From Clostridiaceae bacterium (GTDB lineage Bacteria; Bacillota; Clostridia; Oscillospirales; Acutalibacteraceae), in the NCBI GenBank assembly GCA_016280595.1, contig JAEEHB010000034.1, forward strand, positions 1,073-65,072: a DNA stretch of 64,000 nt. Direction: 5' to 3'. Shown in pieces: positions 48,622 to 58,043 of the stretch. Each line of letters begins with the position of its first letter. Within the stretch, counting starts at the first letter, position 1. A model generated the notes under the pieces. It saw nothing but the letters and a program-made list of their open reading frames with translations, made no database searches and was not told where the DNA came from. The position numbers were made by a program, and so were the translations under genes.

Positions 48622-49551
48622 TCAAATTATACTCATAACGAAATCGTATGCCTTATTGAAGCAGTCTCTGCCCTTTTTCACTATTGTTGCGATGGTCCAG
48701 GCGTGCAGTGATATGATGCCCGTGCCCTCAAATGTTTCGTATCTGATGCCGGCGTCCTCATACTGCTTCGCGAGGTCGTATGCCTCAAAGCGCAGGTAAT
48801 CCTTTGCCGCGCTTACGATGAATGCGGGCGGAAAATCCTTTGTCACGCGGGGGTAGGAGAGCGCTCCTTCGGGCGTTTCGAGGTAGGCTTTTGCTTCGTC
48901 CGGGTCCATTCCGAGAAATGAGCAGACCATAAGATTTATATCAAAAAACTTTGACTGCGGTTTGCTTTCGTCAATCAGGTTTTTGAGGTCAAAACAGCCG
49001 CAGTGGCTCACGAGCGCCTTCACATCGAAGGCGTCACTGTGCCTGAAATTTATGCCGAGCGTGTCAAACAGGCTCTTGTCTTTAGCGAGCGCGGCGCATT
49101 CGAGTATGTAGTATCCGCCGGCGCTTTCGCCCGCGAGCACGATTCTGTCCGTGTCGAAATTGTATTCGTCCGCCTTGTCAAAGAGCAGGTCAATGGCGGT
49201 AAAGATTTCTTTTAACTGTGCGGGAAAAACTTTTCCGGGCGCGTAGGTGTAGGAAATCGAGGCGGTGAAAAAGCCTTTTTCAGCCCAGTTTGCCACATAG
49301 GTGTCGCGCATTTCGGTAATTCCCGATATCCAGCCGCCGCCGTGAATGTAGATAAACAGCGGCTTTTTCTCGGCTTTTAGGTCTTTCCTTGTGCAGAGAT
49401 TTATATACTGCTTCTTCTCGCTTCCGTAGGCGATTTTGCTGTATTCGCAGGTTTTGGGGGTGGGTCTGTGAAGCGCAAGGTAGGCAAGGCCTTCCGTGAA
49501 ATTATACCAGCAGGTGGCGATTTTCGCGTGCGTGTAAAGTCCTTTGTTCAT
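48622..49551 (-). CDS. Alpha/beta hydrolase (HSL-like esterase)
   Basis: HGGGW, GESAGG, C-terminal Asp and His. Confidence 0.9.
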   Translation of the reverse strand: MNKGLYTHAKIATCWYNFTEGLAYLALHRPTPKTCEYSKIAYGSEKKQYINLCTRKDLKAEKKPLFIYIHGGGWISGITEMRDTYVANWAEKGFFTASISYTYAPGKVFPAQLKEIFTAIDLLFDKADEYNFDTDRIVLAGESAGGYYILECAALAKDKSLFDTLGINFRHSDAFDVKALVSHCGCFDLKNLIDESKPQSKFFDINLMVCSFLGMDPDEAKAYLETPEGALSYPRVTKDFPPAFIVSAAKDYLRFEAYDLAKQYEDAGIRYETFEGTGIISLHAWTIATIVKKGRDCFNKAYDFVMSII

Positions 49552-49554
49552 TTT

Positions 49555-50019
49555 TCACCTTTCCACTCTGCAAGTCAGAGTAACAATGCCGCTGTCGATA
49601 ATGTCAACCATTCCGTAATATCCTTCGGCTATCGAGCCGGGATTCATTATGTAGAGCCCGTCTTCATAGCCGCTTGTCTGTTTGTGCGTGTGGCCGTAAA
49701 GCACGGCGTCCGCCTTGAGCGACTGCGCTTTTGATATGAGATAAGCCTCGCCGTATTTCACCTTTTCAAGGTAACCGTGAGTGCACAGAATTCTTTTGCC
49801 GCCGATTATCAGCATTTCGTTTTCGGGCAGGGACGATAAAAAATCGCAGTTGCCTTTTACCGCCGTAACCGGTCTGCCGTTTATTTCGTAAGTGAGAAAG
49901 TCAAGGTCTCTCTCGCCGTCGCCGAGGTAGATTATGCGGTCAGCCTCTTTATGCATAAGAAGGGCCTGCCTGAAATAATAAGGCGTGCCGTGTGAATCCG
50001 AAAAAACAAGAAGTCTCAT
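49555..50019 (-). CDS. YfcE/YsnB-family metallophosphoesterase
   Basis: SDSHG, GD, GNCD, THG, GHTH, NPGS. Confidence 0.92.
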   Translation of the reverse strand: MRLLVFSDSHGTPYYFRQALLMHKEADRIIYLGDGERDLDFLTYEINGRPVTAVKGNCDFLSSLPENEMLIIGGKRILCTHGYLEKVKYGEAYLISKAQSLKADAVLYGHTHKQTSGYEDGLYIMNPGSIAEGYYGMVDIIDSGIVTLTCRVER

Positions 50020-51626
50020 TATTCCGCCGTTTCCGTTTCCGCCGCCGTTTTTCTGCGGGTGAGCATTTCGTTGAGGTATGCGGCAATATCCTCATCCTCG
50101 CCCTTTTTGATTATGAAATGTTTCTGTGAGTATTTATCTTTCTTTGCGGTGAATTCTCCGCTCATATCAACGCTTACGCTCATCGGTTTTGAAAGCGCGT
50201 AGTATTCTCCGCCGCCTTCAAACGCATACTGCACAGCCGTCAGGTCGAAACTCGGGTTGAGGTACGGCGCCTGACTGCCGCAGTGCAGACGGTAGCAGTC
50301 GCACACGGGATTTCCTTCACACTCTTCCTCAAAGCCCGTCTTTATGCTCTTGCCTACATCGTAAGGCGAAAAGACCATGAGATTTCTGTATTTTTCGAGC
50401 ACCGCAGCCGCCGAAACGGGGTCGGTTTCGATGTTGAATTCTTTGCCCGAAGGATATTTGCCTGCCATTGCAACAATGGAGTGAACCTTTTTGTTAAAGA
50501 GATTCGCGTCTTTTCTCAGTGCGGCGGCTATGTTTGTGAAAGTGCCGAGCGTGATAATGGTTACTCCGCCGTCGGGGGCATTCGCGAGCAGGTCAAGGCA
50601 GAGGTCAGCGGCATCCTGCGAAGCGCAGGCGCTGCTCTCGTATTTACAGTATTTTTTTGTGATTTCTTTGCTGTATTTTGAATTATCCGGAAGCACTGCC
50701 GCGCCCTTGTGAGAGCCCACGGGAATTTCGTCATAACCGTAGTATTCGCTTATCGCCCTGATGGTCGCGTTGCCGTAAATGTTTGAGGTGCAGTTGAGTA
50801 TTCCGAGCAGTCTGATGCCGTATTTTTCAAGCATTTCAAACATTATCGCCATAGCGCCCGCGTCGTCGCAGTCGGGGCCTATGTCGGTGTCAAGTATAAC
50901 CGCTCTCTTCTCTTCGCAAAGGGGAGTGTAGGCGGGTTTGCCGAATTCCTCCTCGGAGTTTACTGTCTTCACGGTGTATCTGATAATCCAGAAGATGAGC
51001 GCCGCCACCACGATTGCCGCACCGACCGCCACAACATATTTCATTGGCACAAGGTCATACACCTTGTCGCCGAGAATCGTGAAAAGAATTACTCTGGGCA
51101 GTATACCTGCGAGCGACATGCCGAGGTAGGGGAGATACCTTACTCTCATTGCGCCGAAAAACAGCGAGCAGAAGTCAATCGGAAGCCCGGCTATACGCAT
51201 TATGAATATGCTCGATTTTTCGTGTTTTTCGTAAATATCCAGTATTTTTTTGCCGCTCTTGATGCTCTTGATTTTCTTTACTACAAAGGGCCCGCCGAGA
51301 ATAAGACCGAGCAGATAGGTTACGCTGACCTCGATTATGATGCCGACTGTATTGACCGTGAGGGCGAGCCAGAGTTTCAGCGACATACCGACCGCTATGT
51401 AAACCAGCGAGGCGGGCACCACGAGCACCGCGCCTTTTACGGCATATACGCCGAGCACAACCGCCACGGCCTTGGGTATTGAGCCCGCATTTTCAATGAG
51501 GGCGCGCACGTCGATATTCTGCAAATCCTTGAATTTGACCAGAATCACCGTTATAACCGCCACGGCGATGATTATTCTTATTGCCAGGCCGAATGAATGC
51601 CTGAATCGCATAAATTTCTCTTTCAC
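50019..51626 (-). CDS. Fusion: VTT/DedA (TVP38) membrane domain + nucleoside hydrolase (IUNH-like) domain
   Basis: N-terminal TM helices with the FIMRIAGLP..SLFFG pattern; C-terminal DTDIGPDCDDAGA, TLGTFTN, MAG, EFNI, SFD. Confidence 0.8.
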   Translation of the reverse strand: MKEKFMRFRHSFGLAIRIIIAVAVITVILVKFKDLQNIDVRALIENAGSIPKAVAVVLGVYAVKGAVLVVPASLVYIAVGMSLKLWLALTVNTVGIIIEVSVTYLLGLILGGPFVVKKIKSIKSGKKILDIYEKHEKSSIFIMRIAGLPIDFCSLFFGAMRVRYLPYLGMSLAGILPRVILFTILGDKVYDLVPMKYVVAVGAAIVVAALIFWIIRYTVKTVNSEEEFGKPAYTPLCEEKRAVILDTDIGPDCDDAGAMAIMFEMLEKYGIRLLGILNCTSNIYGNATIRAISEYYGYDEIPVGSHKGAAVLPDNSKYSKEITKKYCKYESSACASQDAADLCLDLLANAPDGGVTIITLGTFTNIAAALRKDANLFNKKVHSIVAMAGKYPSGKEFNIETDPVSAAAVLEKYRNLMVFSPYDVGKSIKTGFEEECEGNPVCDCYRLHCGSQAPYLNPSFDLTAVQYAFEGGGEYYALSKPMSVSVDMSGEFTAKKDKYSQKHFIIKKGEDEDIAAYLNEMLTRRKTAAETETAE

Positions 51627-51820
51627 TTTTATTCTCCTTGACTTTTTCCGGGAAGAAAAAGGTTATTTGTTTCTATTATTACAATTATACTCCCGCGCCG
51701 TGATTTTATCAAGAAAAAAAGCATCTCTTCAGGGCAAAAAATGGAGGTTGATTTTATATTATTTTGTGATATAATACATAATCAAGTAAGTATGGATTTC
51801 AAAAGAAAGAGAAAACCGTT

Positions 51821-53239
51821 ATGATTACTGCAAAGGAAAAGTATCAGCGCGCGCTGGGCAGTCTGACTTTTGACAGAATGTACGGCTACGTTAAGAAAAA
51901 TCCTTCCGAAAATATAATAAAACTTATCAACCTCGGCGAGAAGTTTCTGGGCAATACTTTCCCGAAGAAGAATTTTGAGGCTTTCCGCAATGCCGTGAGC
52001 GACCCTGGCAGCGTCTGGTACGGCTATGCCGAAAGAATCATCAACGAGTGTGACGGCGGTTACATCAAAAAACTTCTTATGGCTCTCGGGCTCGGGGCAG
52101 GTGTTGCAGGCACAAAAGCGGTGCGCGCCAACAGAGAAAAATACAAGTGCAATATTCCGTTCATTATGCTTCTCGATCCCACCAGCGCCTGCAATATGAA
52201 CTGCAAGGGCTGCTGGAGCGCGGAATACGGCCACAAATCAAATCTCTCGCTCGATGAAATGCGCAGCATAGTTGACCAGGGTACGAAAATCGGCACTCAT
52301 GTATATATGTTTACGGGCGGCGAGCCCCTCATCAGAAAGAACGATATTCTCACCCTCTGCCGCGAAAACCCCAACTGCGCTTTCCTCGCTTACACCAACT
52401 CCACTCTCATAGATGAGAAACTCTGTGAAGAGGTTAAAGAAGTAGGCAACCTCACCTTCGCCGTGAGTATTGAGGGCACACCCGAAAGCAACGACGAGCG
52501 AAGAGGACAGGGCGCCTATGAGCACGCAATCAGGGCTATGGACCTGCTCAGGGAGCACGGCATCTTTTTCGGCATTTCCGTTTGCTACACGAGCAAAAAT
52601 GTCAGCGAAGTGACGAGCGACGAATTTCTCGATTATATGATAGAAAAGGGCGTAAGATTCGCCTTCTATTTCAACTATATGCCCGTAGGCCATATGGGCG
52701 ACGCGGACCTGATTCCGCGCCCGGACCAAAGAGCGCATATGTACACCTGGCTCAGAAAAGTCAGGGATTCAAAAACGGGCAAGCCCCTGTTTTTCCTCGA
52801 TTTCCAGAATGACGCGGAATATGTGGGCGGCTGCATAGCAGGCGGCAGAAACTATTTCCACATCAACTCCGAAGGCGATATGGAGCCCTGCGTTTTCGTT
52901 CATTATTCGGACTCCAACATAAGAAACAAAACCATACTCGAAGGTCTCCACAGCCCGCTGTTTATGGCTTACTATCATAACCAGCCGTTCAACGACAATC
53001 ACCTCAGGCCCTGCCCGATGCTCGAAAATCCGGACTGCCTGCGTAAGATTATCGCCGACACCGGAGCGCAGTCTACAGACCTTATCCAGAAGGAAGATGT
53101 AAACACCCTCTGCTCCAAGTGCGATAAATTTGCCGCGGAATGGAAGCCCATAGCTGACAATCTCTGGCAGACTATGACTCACCCGGACCCCAAAACGCAG
53201 TTTTACCGCGACACGGACGAGGCAAAAGCCGGAAAATAA
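51821..53239 (+). CDS. Radical SAM protein with a SPASM/twitch-like C-terminal domain
   Basis: CNMNCKGC, GGEP, GCIAGG...EPCVF, RPCPM. Confidence 0.9.
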   Translation: MITAKEKYQRALGSLTFDRMYGYVKKNPSENIIKLINLGEKFLGNTFPKKNFEAFRNAVSDPGSVWYGYAERIINECDGGYIKKLLMALGLGAGVAGTKAVRANREKYKCNIPFIMLLDPTSACNMNCKGCWSAEYGHKSNLSLDEMRSIVDQGTKIGTHVYMFTGGEPLIRKNDILTLCRENPNCAFLAYTNSTLIDEKLCEEVKEVGNLTFAVSIEGTPESNDERRGQGAYEHAIRAMDLLREHGIFFGISVCYTSKNVSEVTSDEFLDYMIEKGVRFAFYFNYMPVGHMGDADLIPRPDQRAHMYTWLRKVRDSKTGKPLFFLDFQNDAEYVGGCIAGGRNYFHINSEGDMEPCVFVHYSDSNIRNKTILEGLHSPLFMAYYHNQPFNDNHLRPCPMLENPDCLRKIIADTGAQSTDLIQKEDVNTLCSKCDKFAAEWKPIADNLWQTMTHPDPKTQFYRDTDEAKAGK

Positions 53240-53245
53240 AACTCA

Positions 53246-53372
53246 ATACTTAAGGGGTGCTGATTATTCGGCTGAGATTATACCCATGAACCTGATCCCG
53301 GTAATTCGGGCGTAGGAACAGAGTATCACTGATTATCAAAGCACCCGGAAAACAGCCGGGTGCTTTTATTTT
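53246..53372 (+). promoter_or_regulatory. TPP riboswitch with intrinsic-terminator expression platform
   Basis: GGGGTGC...GCTGAGA..ATACCC..GAACCTGATC.GGTAAT..GGCGTAGGAA core; terminator AGCACCCGG..CCGGGTGCTTTT; upstream of thiT. Confidence 0.93.
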
Positions 53373-53398
53373 TACATATTACAAACGGAGGAATTAAT

Positions 53399-54088
53399 AT
53401 GAAAAACGAATCTAAAACTTTCGTGCTTGCCGAGTCGGCAATCATGCTCGCGCTCTCCGCGACGCTTTACACCGTAAGTGAATTCATCCCCTGGCCCACA
53501 TGGATTCAGGGCGGAGGAGTCACGCTTTTCGCCAGCGTGCCGCTGATAGTGCTCTCTTACAGAAGAGGCTTTAAGGCAGCCCTGCCCGCCTCTTTCCTGC
53601 TCGGCCTGTTTGAACTGTTTATGGGGCTTAAAAACTTCGCCTGGGTAAAGGGCCCCGTTTCCTATGCCGTGGTTGCCCTTTTTGACTACATCCTCGCTTT
53701 CGGTGTTTTAGGCTTAGGAGGACTTTTCAGAAACAGGAAGGGAAGCACCGTCGCAAAACTGACGGCCGGAGCGGTCGTGACAAACGCGCTCAGATTTGTC
53801 TGCCACTTCATCAGCGGAATAACCGTATGGAGCGAATATACGCAGGGTAACGGCGGATTTACCAACCTTGATTCGCTTGTTCACGGCATTACAAAAGGCT
53901 CGGTCATTTATTCCGTAACCTATAACGGCGGCTATATGCTGCCCGAAACGGTTATCGCCGTAATCGGCTGCGCGGCGATTGCTCTCGTTCTGCCGAAAAA
54001 AGCGGTAGCAAGATATTCACAGGGTGTTACCGCCTCAGCAGAGAAATCACAGGAAACTGCACAAAGCGAAAACAATAATGCCGAATAA
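53399..54088 (+). CDS. thiT: Energy-coupled thiamine transporter S component ThiT
   Basis: QGGGVT, LFDYILAF, RFVCHFISG, YSVTYNGGY; downstream of the TPP riboswitch; ATG 53399 after GGAGG. Confidence 0.9.
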   Translation: MKNESKTFVLAESAIMLALSATLYTVSEFIPWPTWIQGGGVTLFASVPLIVLSYRRGFKAALPASFLLGLFELFMGLKNFAWVKGPVSYAVVALFDYILAFGVLGLGGLFRNRKGSTVAKLTAGAVVTNALRFVCHFISGITVWSEYTQGNGGFTNLDSLVHGITKGSVIYSVTYNGGYMLPETVIAVIGCAAIALVLPKKAVARYSQGVTASAEKSQETAQSENNNAE

Positions 54089-54157
54089 AAATATTGAAAA
54101 CAAAATGCGGATATGGTAGAATAATCGGGAAGTCAATCATTTGGGAGGGCAGTATCA

Positions 54158-54655
54158 ATGCCTAAGAGAAAAGATTATATTTCCTGGGACGAATATTTTA
54201 TGGGTATCGCGATGCTTTCGTCTTACCGCAGCAAAGACCCCAACACCCGTGTCGGCGCCTGCATCGTGAATGACAAAAACCGCATTATGTCAATGGGCTA
54301 CAACGGTTTCCCCATGGGCTGCAGCGACGACGAGTTTCCCTGGGACAGAGCGGGTGAAGAATACAATACAAAGTATCCCTATGTCTGCCACGCGGAGCTT
54401 AACGCAATTCTCAACGCGCGCGGCACAAACCTCGAAGGCTGCAAGATTTATGTTGCGCTTTTCCCCTGCAACGAATGCGCCAAAGCGGTTATTCAGTGCG
54501 GCATAAAAGAGGTCATCTATCTTTCCGATAAATATGACGGCACGCCCGGCAACAGAGCGTCGAAGAGAATGTTTGACGCGGCGGGGGTGAAGTACAAGAA
54601 AATCGAAATTGACCGCAAAGGAATTATGATCGATTTCACAGTAGAAAACATCTGA
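54158..54655 (+). CDS. dCMP deaminase family protein
   Basis: WDEYFM, RSKDP, GYNG, HAELNA, PCNEC. Confidence 0.93.
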   Translation: MPKRKDYISWDEYFMGIAMLSSYRSKDPNTRVGACIVNDKNRIMSMGYNGFPMGCSDDEFPWDRAGEEYNTKYPYVCHAELNAILNARGTNLEGCKIYVALFPCNECAKAVIQCGIKEVIYLSDKYDGTPGNRASKRMFDAAGVKYKKIEIDRKGIMIDFTVENI

Positions 54656-54890
54656 CCGGTCGTAGAATAAACGGCGAAAAACGAACAAAAAAAAGAAGAA
54701 GAGGACTGCAAGTTTTTGATTTGCGGTCCTCGTTTTTTATTCAATCAAATTTACATAAGGAATAGTTTATATTTTTTGTTCTCGACTCTTTCCGTCCTTT
54801 GCCGTATCTTGATACTGTCTTCATTCGCAAATGCTCCGTTTTCGCTCGTCTCTTCTCCTCCCTAAGTGCCATTGAGGAAGCAAGATAAAT
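54656..54890 (+). repeat. Structured dispersed repeat, copy D (terminator hairpin 54701-54731)
   Basis: CCGGTCGTAGAATAAACGGCGAAAAACGAAC head directly after TGA; CCTTTGCCGTATCTTGATACTGTCTTCA and GCTCGTCTCTTCTCCTCCCTAAGTGCCA identical to copy C. Confidence 0.85.
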
Positions 54891-54916
54891 ACTTGTTTTT
54901 GATAAATGGGCATTCC

Positions 54917-55114
54917 GTAGGGGCGGATATCATCCGCCCGCCAAACAGGATATGCGTGAGCATTGGCCCTCTACAATTATGGAGAGGGTGCCCCGAAGGG
55001 GCGGGTGTGGTTAATGCGGAGCATTACAATCGGAGCAGCGCTCCCCTCAATTCTGCGTTCTGCATTCTTAATTCTGCATTAATAAAAGGCTGTAAGCGTT
55101 ATGCTTACAGCCTT
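54917..55114. repeat. GTAG-REP, heptamer tandem repeats and the opposing gene's terminator
   Basis: GTAG-GGGCGGATATCATCCGCCC identical to 9140-9162; AGGATATGCGTGAGCAT; AATTCTG/CATTCTG-type 7-mers at 55049-55080; AAGGCTGTAAGC..GCTTACAGCCTT. Confidence 0.75.
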
Positions 55115-55132
55115 GAAACTTTGTTGTAATTA

Positions 55133-55984
55133 TCAGAACGGATTGTGGCCTGTGGCGAGGCGGACTATGAAGCCGATGAATTTGCCTGCGGCTTCGCCGT
55201 ATTCCTCAACATAGTAGTCATACTCAATGCCTTCTGCAATCAGGACAGGCTCCGTGTTTTCGCCGAGTCCGAGTTCCTTCAGTTTCTGAAGGACGAGGCG
55301 GGCTATCACTATGTTGCCTTCGGCATTGGGGTGCACCGAATCGCGGGCGATATATTCTCTGTGCCCGTTCATCGCAGTTGCCACATCAACTATTTCATAC
55401 GCGCCGGGATGTTCTTCGAGGTAGCCGTATATCATATCGTTCACGGTGTTTGTGCCGTGCTTGTATGCGCCGCCGAGCAGCCCGTACCACGAGCAGAGCA
55501 CCGTCTGCGCAAGGATTACGGCATCGGGGTTGAGTGCTTTGATTTCGTCAATGATTTTTGCGAAATTCTCAATCATATTTGCGGTGAGCTGCTTGTATCT
55601 CGGCGTTTCGATGCCTGCCACAAGGCCTACCGCTATGCCTACAACGCCCTCGTCGGTGAAATAATCGTTGCCGCCGATTGAGAGGCTGATTATCTCCGCG
55701 TCTTTTATGAGGGAGCGTGCGTATTCGTTTTCGGTCACCTGAATGAGCAGGCCCTCGGTTGTCCTCGCGGATCGGCCGATGTTGTAATAGTTGTATCCGT
55801 TAGTGTTTGCGACTATCGCTCCGTATGACGCCTCTTCGGGGTTTTTCACTCCGAAGCCCTGGGCAATCGAGTCACCCATAAGCAGGTAGTCTGTTTCCGC
55901 CTGCTGTGCCGCCGCCGTTGCCGCAAGAGTAAAGAGCAGGGCAAAGGTAAGCAGAAGCGATATCGTTCTTTTGATTGTTTTCAT
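55133..55984 (-). CDS. Secreted SGNH/GDSL hydrolase
   Basis: Signal peptide; MGDSI, SIGGND, DSVHPN; paralog of 2429..3241. Confidence 0.85.
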   Translation of the reverse strand: MKTIKRTISLLLTFALLFTLAATAAAQQAETDYLLMGDSIAQGFGVKNPEEASYGAIVANTNGYNYYNIGRSARTTEGLLIQVTENEYARSLIKDAEIISLSIGGNDYFTDEGVVGIAVGLVAGIETPRYKQLTANMIENFAKIIDEIKALNPDAVILAQTVLCSWYGLLGGAYKHGTNTVNDMIYGYLEEHPGAYEIVDVATAMNGHREYIARDSVHPNAEGNIVIARLVLQKLKELGLGENTEPVLIAEGIEYDYYVEEYGEAAGKFIGFIVRLATGHNPF

Positions 55985-56012
55985 TTATTTACCCCTCCCG
56001 GTATCCCCGTAA

Positions 56013-56882
56013 TCAGAATTTACCGCCGCCGCCACCGTGGCTTATGCCGCCTCCGGAAACGTGGATGCTCGTGCCGCCGAAGTGACCTCCCGAGCTTCCC
56101 GAGCCGCCGGAATCTTTATGCGTATCTTTGGGCTTGGGCATTGCGGAAACATTAGAGTAAAGGAATATATCATCCTGATTTGCAATATTGAGCGAATCGG
56201 AAACAGCATACTCTCTCGCGTTGCTCTTGATGCCTACGCTCTTGAGTTTGCTCTTCATGGGTGAAGTGCCGAGCGCGCCCGAGATAACGCCGAGAATAGC
56301 GCTGATTACAGATGAGCGCCCTGCGGGGAAACTCTTTTCGACCTCCGGAATCGGGAGTTCGTTTTCGTCGCCTTCACCCTCAATCCAGATATCATAGATA
56401 TCGCCGTTTGCGCCCGACTCAATCAGTTCACTTGATTCGTAAGCGAACGCGGCAAAAGCCTTGTAGTAATCGCCGCCGCTCAGGTAGGGGAGCATAGTTT
56501 CTTCTATTCTCTCGATGCCCGCGTCGGTTATGTATTCAAGGCATACGCCGCAGGTGGATATCCAGTAATCCCTGTCAGCCATTGAAATTGCGAGCGCTAC
56601 GGCATCGCTGCCGTATTCGCCGTTGTCAATATAATCATCGGCAAAAGTCATCATATCGTAGTAGCCGTAGTCCTGCATATCGTCAACGGTTACCACGATT
56701 ATATTCACGCCGCATTTTTCGCTGAGTTCTTCAAGGTAGGAGGCAAGCTGAGTCTTTTCGTCGCCCGAGAGAAGATTTGCGCCGTCACTGAGTTTGTCGG
56801 AATAGGCGGCCGCGCTTATCGCAAGTGAAACAACGAATACAGCCGCAAAGACAAGGGCGAGAATTCTGCATACTTTCTTCAT
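56013..56882 (-). CDS. TPM-domain membrane protein (YdjH-like)
   Basis: Signal peptide, D.ANLLS..E, TPM pattern, TM helix, Gly/Ser tail ending HGGGGGKF. Confidence 0.85.
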   Translation of the reverse strand: MKKVCRILALVFAAVFVVSLAISAAAYSDKLSDGANLLSGDEKTQLASYLEELSEKCGVNIIVVTVDDMQDYGYYDMMTFADDYIDNGEYGSDAVALAISMADRDYWISTCGVCLEYITDAGIERIEETMLPYLSGGDYYKAFAAFAYESSELIESGANGDIYDIWIEGEGDENELPIPEVEKSFPAGRSSVISAILGVISGALGTSPMKSKLKSVGIKSNAREYAVSDSLNIANQDDIFLYSNVSAMPKPKDTHKDSGGSGSSGGHFGGTSIHVSGGGISHGGGGGKF

Positions 56883-56895
56883 ATCACACGCCCCC

Positions 56896-57975
56896 TTATC
56901 TCAGAAACAGGAACTGAATCAGAAATGAAGCGGCCGCAACACCTGCGGCGATTGCCGCGAAGTATTTGCCGTATTTCGCCTTGTCCATAGGCAAGTCGCC
57001 GACGAATTTGCCGGTCTGACCGTTCATGGCGAAGGTGTATTTCTGATTGTTCCAGGTGGTGTTGAGGAGCCATACGGGGCAAAGGGTATATTTTGCCCTG
57101 CTGTTTGAAAGATTGATTGTGCTGCTCTCAACTTCCACCGAGGCGTAGTTGCTTACTGTGGATTTGAAGGCTTCTTCGGTGCTCGCCTTTATTCTTTCGT
57201 TAGCTCTCACCGCCGATTCTTCGGCATCCACATCATATTTATCTGCAAGGAAGCCCGCAAGGTAAGCCGTCTGAAAATCAACCGCTTTGCTGAAATCATA
57301 AGGCTCTATGGACTCCATCAGCGTATCGTCGATATTTTTTGAGCCGTCAACGGGCACATTCGTGAAAGAGAGCGTGCCGCTGCGGTTGATGCCGTAATGG
57401 GAAGTTTCGGTGTAGATATTGAGAGCGTCTTCCCACACCCTCGTTTTGGTGGCTTTGTATTTTATGTCCGCCTCGGCATCGGCATCGAAAAGCCAGAAGG
57501 GAACATATATGCCCTTGATTTCGTCAATGTGATTCTGATCTTTGAATACGGAGGGAACAAGTTTTTTGCCCTCAAGGTGATGCATAAGGCCCGCCTTTGC
57601 GGCTTCTTTGTCAAGCTGGAAAGGAATAACATAATCGGGCTTGAGCATACCGCTGAACTGATCCATCATCACTACGGGGTTTCCGCAGTAGGGGCAGGAG
57701 GTGGCGGCTGTGTTTTCGTCGCCTATTATTTCTCCTCCGCAGCTTTTGCATACATAAGAGCGCAGATTGCTCGCTTCGCCCTCATCCCATTCGGAGCCCG
57801 CAGGCACATCCCACTGCATATTATCCTGCGGTTTGTCGAGCGTGAGGTCAAAGGCCGCCAGAGCCTCCATCTCAAACTCGGTGTCGCAGTAGGGGCATTT
57901 CATTTTCTGAATGCCGCTGTCAAACGCGAGCGCGCCGCCGCAGTTAGGGCACTTGTATTCTTGAATTTCTGCCAT
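56896..57975 (-). CDS. Zinc-ribbon membrane protein (YdjG-like)
   Basis: CPNC, CPYC, CKSC, CPYC; YVPFW; NGQTGK; C-terminal TM; start MAEIQ at 57975. Confidence 0.85.
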   Translation of the reverse strand: MAEIQEYKCPNCGGALAFDSGIQKMKCPYCDTEFEMEALAAFDLTLDKPQDNMQWDVPAGSEWDEGEASNLRSYVCKSCGGEIIGDENTAATSCPYCGNPVVMMDQFSGMLKPDYVIPFQLDKEAAKAGLMHHLEGKKLVPSVFKDQNHIDEIKGIYVPFWLFDADAEADIKYKATKTRVWEDALNIYTETSHYGINRSGTLSFTNVPVDGSKNIDDTLMESIEPYDFSKAVDFQTAYLAGFLADKYDVDAEESAVRANERIKASTEEAFKSTVSNYASVEVESSTINLSNSRAKYTLCPVWLLNTTWNNQKYTFAMNGQTGKFVGDLPMDKAKYGKYFAAIAAGVAAASFLIQFLFLR

Positions 57976-58043
57976 CGGAAAATCTCCTTGATAAAACATT
58001 CTGCCGTACAGGCGCACCTGTACGGCAGTTATTTGCCTGCTGA

